NCBI GenBank assembly: GCA_028865585.1
Contig: JAGWJU010000001.1
Span: 1 to 48,257 of the forward strand
Source of the DNA: Elusimicrobiota bacterium
GTDB lineage: Bacteria; Elusimicrobiota; Elusimicrobia; UBA1565; UBA9628
Direction: 5' to 3'
Length of the DNA: 48,257 nucleotides
The notes under the pieces were generated by a model. The model searched no databases. It was not told where the DNA came from and was given only the letters and a program-made list of their open reading frames with translations. The translations under genes were made by a program, and so were the position numbers. This document shows, piece after piece, positions 45,722 through 48,257 of the stretch; the first letter of the stretch is position 1, and the number at the start of each line of letters is the position of its first letter.

Positions 45722-46506
45722 GCCGGCGCGGTTTCCTGGTGTTCCGGCCTCAGGGCCAGGTAGAGATAGGCGCCGGTGACGGCCAGGGCGACCAGGGAGA
45801 ACAGCGGGATGCGCGCGGGCATGAAGAGGAAGATGATCTGCACCGCGATGATGAGCGTCTGGGCGTAGGCCGAGAGGTTGAAGAGCTCGGCGTAGGCCCG
45901 CCCGGCGTGGAGCGCGTTGTTCAAGGCCATCGCGACCAGGGAGTAGAAGAGCGAGGAGACGAGCTTCCAGACCAGGAACACCACGAAAAGCCCGAAGATC
46001 GCGGCGGGGTAGAGGATGCGGTTCAAGAGCGCGCCCGCCTCCTTGTAGAAGGCGGCGTCCAGGGTCACGGGCTTCTCGGTCTTGGTGTCCGAAAAGCTGC
46101 GGTCCTCGATGGTGCCGTTGGGCCGGCGCAGGTAGAAGTCGGACTGGGTCAGGTAGGCCGTCACCCCCGAGTCGTCCATGTCCTTCTCCGTGACGGGCGC
46201 GGTGCGGGTCGTGTCGATGGCCACGGCCACGTCCTGGTAGGCGGGATCGCGCAGCACCACGGGCATGGCCGCGGGCGAGGTGAACTTGCCGTTGTCGAAG
46301 GTCAGGACCGGCGCGGACTTGGCCAGCCAGTCGAAGGTCTGATCCAGGGCGGGACCGACGCGGACTTTCAAAGCGACGGCGCCCAGGACGCAGAAAATCG
46401 CGGCCAGGTACACGAGGTAGAGCAAGGTGCGGGAGAAGGCCTGCTTGGCGATCTTCCGGTAGAAAGAGACGCTGGTAATCGCGTTGACGGGATCGAGGAG
46501 AATCAT
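45718..46506 (-). CDS. DUF1189/YvdJ-like polytopic membrane protein
   Basis: N-terminus ..SVSFYRKIAKQAFSRTLLYLVYLAAIFCVLGAV.. followed by an extracytoplasmic loop and 4-5 more TM helices, matching the DUF1189 layout as I recall it. Confidence 0.6.
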   Translation of the reverse strand: MILLDPVNAITSVSFYRKIAKQAFSRTLLYLVYLAAIFCVLGAVALKVRVGPALDQTFDWLAKSAPVLTFDNGKFTSPAAMPVVLRDPAYQDVAVAIDTTRTAPVTEKDMDDSGVTAYLTQSDFYLRRPNGTIEDRSFSDTKTEKPVTLDAAFYKEAGALLNRILYPAAIFGLFVVFLVWKLVSSLFYSLVAMALNNALHAGRAYAELFNLSAYAQTLIIAVQIIFLFMPARIPLFSLVALAVTGAYLYLALRPEHQETAPA

Positions 46507-46512
46507 GGGCCT

Positions 46513-46542
46513 AGTTTAGCACGGGCGGCTTCGCGCGCGCAA
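46513..46542 (-). promoter_or_regulatory. Sigma70-like promoter with extended -10 (TTGCGC-18-TGcTAAACT), leaderless
   Basis: Minus strand reads TTGCGC (46542-46537), 18-nt spacer, TGC then TAAACT (46518-46513), then 6 nt to the ATG at 46506. Confidence 0.5.
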
Positions 46543-46566
46543 ATGCTCCGCACGGCGCGCGGCGGC

Positions 46567-46596
46567 TTGACAGGGGCGCGGTCGGGAGGCTACCCT
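46567..46596 (+). promoter_or_regulatory. Sigma70-like promoter (TTGACA-18-TACCCT), leaderless rfbC
   Basis: TTGACA at 46567-46572, 18-nt spacer, TACCCT at 46591-46596, then 7 nt to the GTG at 46604. Confidence 0.5.
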
Positions 46597-46603
46597 TTGA
46601 GGC

Positions 46604-47167
46604 GTGAACTTCAAAACCTCGCCCGCGGCCCTGCCCGAGGTCCTGCTTGTTGAGTTCGGGCGCATCCAGGACGAGCGCGGATTTTTCGCCGAGACGTATA
46701 AGGAAAAGGACTTCGCGGCCCTAGGCTTGCCGCGCTTCGTGCAGGACAACGCGTCCCGCTCAGCCCAAGGCATTCTGCGCGGCCTGCACTACCAGTTGAA
46801 CCCCGCCGCGCAGGGCAAACTGGTGCGCTGCACGCGCGGCCGCGTCTTCGACGCCGCGGTGGACATCCGAAAGGACTCGCCGCGCTGGGGCAAGTGGGCC
46901 GCGGTCGAGCTTTCCGAGGACAAGCCCCTCATGATCTACGTGCCGCCCGGCTTCGCGCACGGCTTTTTGGCCTTGACCGACGGCGCCGAGGTGCTCTACA
47001 AGACGACCGCGTATTACTCGCCCGAGCACGAGCGGTGCCTTTTGTGGAACGACCCGGCCGTGGGCGTCCCCTGGCCGATCAGGGAGCCCGCCCTCTCGCC
47101 CAGGGACGCGCGCGCGCCGCTCTTGAAGGACGCCGAGACGAACTTCGAGTTCGCGTTCCCGCTCTAG
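46604..47167 (+). CDS. rfbC: dTDP-4-dehydrorhamnose 3,5-epimerase
   Basis: DERGFF.E, RGLHYQ, QGKLVRC..G.VFDAAVDIRK.SP..GKW, PPGFAHGF, typical RmlC cupin motifs. GTG start. Confidence 0.92.
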   Translation: MNFKTSPAALPEVLLVEFGRIQDERGFFAETYKEKDFAALGLPRFVQDNASRSAQGILRGLHYQLNPAAQGKLVRCTRGRVFDAAVDIRKDSPRWGKWAAVELSEDKPLMIYVPPGFAHGFLALTDGAEVLYKTTAYYSPEHERCLLWNDPAVGVPWPIREPALSPRDARAPLLKDAETNFEFAFPL

Positions 47168-47250
47168 CGGTTGCGGCCTGTCCCCTCGCTCGCCCCGTCA
47201 GGAGCGTTGTCGGGCTCATCTCGCTCGGTGACCAAGCCGCAACCGCTAGA
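47163..47250. repeat. Structured repeat, module 2, copy B (15-bp perfect stem, 58-nt loop), inverted relative to copy A
   Basis: TCTAGCGGTTGCGGC (47163-47177) pairs with GCCGCAACCGCTAGA (47236-47250). The left arm contains the rfbC stop codon TAG (47165-47167). Confidence 0.8.
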
Positions 47251-47268
47251 GACTCCGGACTGGATTTG

Positions 47269-47338
47269 AGCGGGCGCCCCGGAAACCCGGGATGGGTTTC
47301 CCGGGGTCCGGGGACGGCCGGGTTCCGGGGCGCCCGCT
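47269..47338. repeat. Structured repeat, module 1, copy B (14-bp outer stem), inverted relative to copy A
   Basis: AGCGGGCGCCCCGG (47269-47282) pairs with CCGGGGCGCCCGCT (47325-47338). It holds the 26-nt core GGAAACCCGGGATGGGTTTCCCGGGG (47281-47306), the exact reverse complement of 45040-45065. The right arm overlaps the ferredoxin stop codon. Confidence 0.8.
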
Positions 47339-47627
47339 AGCCCAGGAGATCGCGCAGGATTTCGGGCGCGTCCTCGGGCTTGACGCCCGAGCGCCACTCG
47401 CCGCCCGGGTAGACGAAGAGGTTGGGGCCGTGCGCGCACAAATCGAGGCAGCCGGACTTGGCCACGCGGATTTTGCCCTTCAAGCCCGCGTCCTTGACCG
47501 CTTTCTTGAGCGCCTCGCAGAGCTCCGCGCCGCCGCGGCCGGGGTTGGCGCAGGCCTCGCGCCCGTCCGTGCGGACGTTGGCGCAGACGAAGACCGTCTT
47601 TTGGTAGGGGACGCTTTTCTTTTCCAT
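47337..47627 (-). CDS. Thioredoxin-like [2Fe-2S] ferredoxin
   Basis: ORF 47337..48233 trimmed to ATG 47627 (MEKKSVPYQKTVFVCANVR..). Cys pattern C-x10-C ... C-x3-C (VFVCANVRTDGREACAN ... SGCLDLCAHGP), as in the Trx-fold ferredoxin family. The rest of the ORF is antisense to the DegT-like gene. Confidence 0.75.
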   Translation of the reverse strand: MEKKSVPYQKTVFVCANVRTDGREACANPGRGGAELCEALKKAVKDAGLKGKIRVAKSGCLDLCAHGPNLFVYPGGEWRSGVKPEDAPEILRDLLG

Positions 47628-47654
47628 GCGTTTTTCGGGGCCCCGGACGCCATA

Positions 47655-48257
47655 ATGTACAATATCCGCGTGCTGAAAACGTCCGTCGGCGTGGGCGCTC
47701 TGCGCGTCGGGCCGCGCGGCCGCCGCTACGTCCAAGAGGCGCTCCTGGCCAACCGCCTGTCCTACGGCCCCTTCACCCGCCGCTTCGAGGCCCTCTTCGC
47801 GCGCCTGCACGGCTGCCGTCATGCGGCGTTCTGCAGCTCCGGGACCAGCGCCCTGCACGTCGCCCTGCAGGCGCTCAAGGAGAAATACCGCTGGAAAGAC
47901 GGCGACGAGGTGCTGGTCCCGGCGGTGAGCTTCGTGGCCACGGCCAACGTGGTCCTGCACAACCGCCTGCGCCCGGTCTTCGTGGACGTGCGCCAGGACA
48001 CCTACAACGTCAACCCCGAGCTCATCGAGCGCAGAATCGCGCGCCGGACCCGCGCCGTCATCCCGGTGCACCTGATGGGCCTGCCCGCGGAGATGCCGGC
48101 CATCCTCGCGATTGCGCGGCGGCGGGGCCTGAAGGTCATTGAGGACTCCTGCGAGGCGATGTTCGTCAAAAGCGGCGGCAGGCCCGTGGGCTCGATGGGG
48201 GACGTCGGCTGCTTTTCCACCTACGCGGCCCATTACGTCACGACCGGCGTGGGGGGC
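47655..48257 (+). CDS. DegT/DnrJ/EryC1/StrS-family sugar-modifying enzyme, N-terminal ~200 aa (3' end beyond window). His occupies the usual PLP-lysine position.
   Basis: Not in the ORF track because it is open at the window end. My translation reads MYNIRVLKTSVG..YVQEALLANRLSYGPFTRRFEALFARLHGCRHAAFCSSGTSALHVALQAL..GDEVLVPAVSFVATANVV..PVFVDV..TYNV..AVIPVHLMG..VIEDSCEAM..GSMGDVGCFSTYAAHYVTTGVGG. The start is either ATG 47655 or GTG 47670 (6 nt after TACAAT at 47658-47663). Confidence 0.85.
   Translation, partial: MYNIRVLKTSVGVGALRVGPRGRRYVQEALLANRLSYGPFTRRFEALFARLHGCRHAAFCSSGTSALHVALQALKEKYRWKDGDEVLVPAVSFVATANVVLHNRLRPVFVDVRQDTYNVNPELIERRIARRTRAVIPVHLMGLPAEMPAILAIARRRGLKVIEDSCEAMFVKSGGRPVGSMGDVGCFSTYAAHYVTTGVGG

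Noticed and set aside
47163-47250. Module 2 hairpins as integron attC sites.
   Set aside because: The arms read 5'-GGTTGCGGC...GCCGCAACC-3'. GTT lies on the left and AAC on the right on both strands, the reverse of the attC R''(RYYYAAC)...R'(GTTRRRY) order. There is no intI or cassette array nearby.
47628-48233. The upstream 200 aa of ORF 47337..48233 (-), which would make a 298-aa protein.
   Set aside because: This part is antisense to a clear DegT-family reading frame and has no motifs. The ferredoxin domain begins at the internal ATG 47627.

Overview
GC-rich (roughly two-thirds G+C by eye) 48.3-kb chromosomal segment, tightly packed with about 48 protein genes and one tRNA. Almost all are core housekeeping functions of a bacterium with an outer membrane. 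In order: rho (partial)-ridA; pilT; rlmI; ygfZ; a minus-strand operon of PC4-like protein/prc/clpB/large outer-membrane protein; a CNNM-type cation transporter; hemE-hemY; an MgtC-family protein; rlmN; a small His/Cys protein + porin-like protein + ZnuABC-type metal importer; a secreted ankyrin protein; ddl; a sensor-less hybrid histidine kinase. Then comes a ~19-kb co-directional array: hpt-ftsH-folP-glmM-pdxJ-glmS-acpS-nnrD-tsaE-tsaB-rimI-TPR/LolB-like-ispE-spoVG-tRNA(Gln)-glmU-prs-rplY-pth-pmbA. The window ends with the start of a deoxy-sugar cluster (rfbC, DegT-like). I found no transposase, integrase, phage, CRISPR, toxin-antitoxin or recognisable defence genes, so I do not claim a new multi-gene system. 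The signals I rate highest are: (1) a two-module, strongly structured repeat in two inverted copies (45010-45255 and 47163-47338) in convergent intergenic gaps, with compensatory stem changes in one module and a conserved 40-nt apex on unrelated perfect stems in the other; (2) a CNNM (DUF21-CBS) transporter whose C-terminal domain is replaced by a PtsN-like PTS EIIA domain; (3) a 911-aa outer-membrane protein joining a catalytically dead UshA/5'-nucleotidase-like domain to a beta-barrel, start-stop coupled to clpB; (4) sigma70-like promoters sitting 6-10 nt upstream of start codons at about ten operon-leading genes, implying leaderless mRNAs, two pairs of them back-to-back and sharing a TTGTCAA -35 core; (5) a tRNA-Gln embedded 8 nt upstream of glmU; (6) a DegT-family protein with His where the PLP lysine normally sits. 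All protein calls rest on motifs I recognise in the supplied translations. No database search, HMM or folding program was run. ORF-track coordinates include the stop codon and alternative starts (GTG/TTG), and several long ORFs were trimmed to internal starts.
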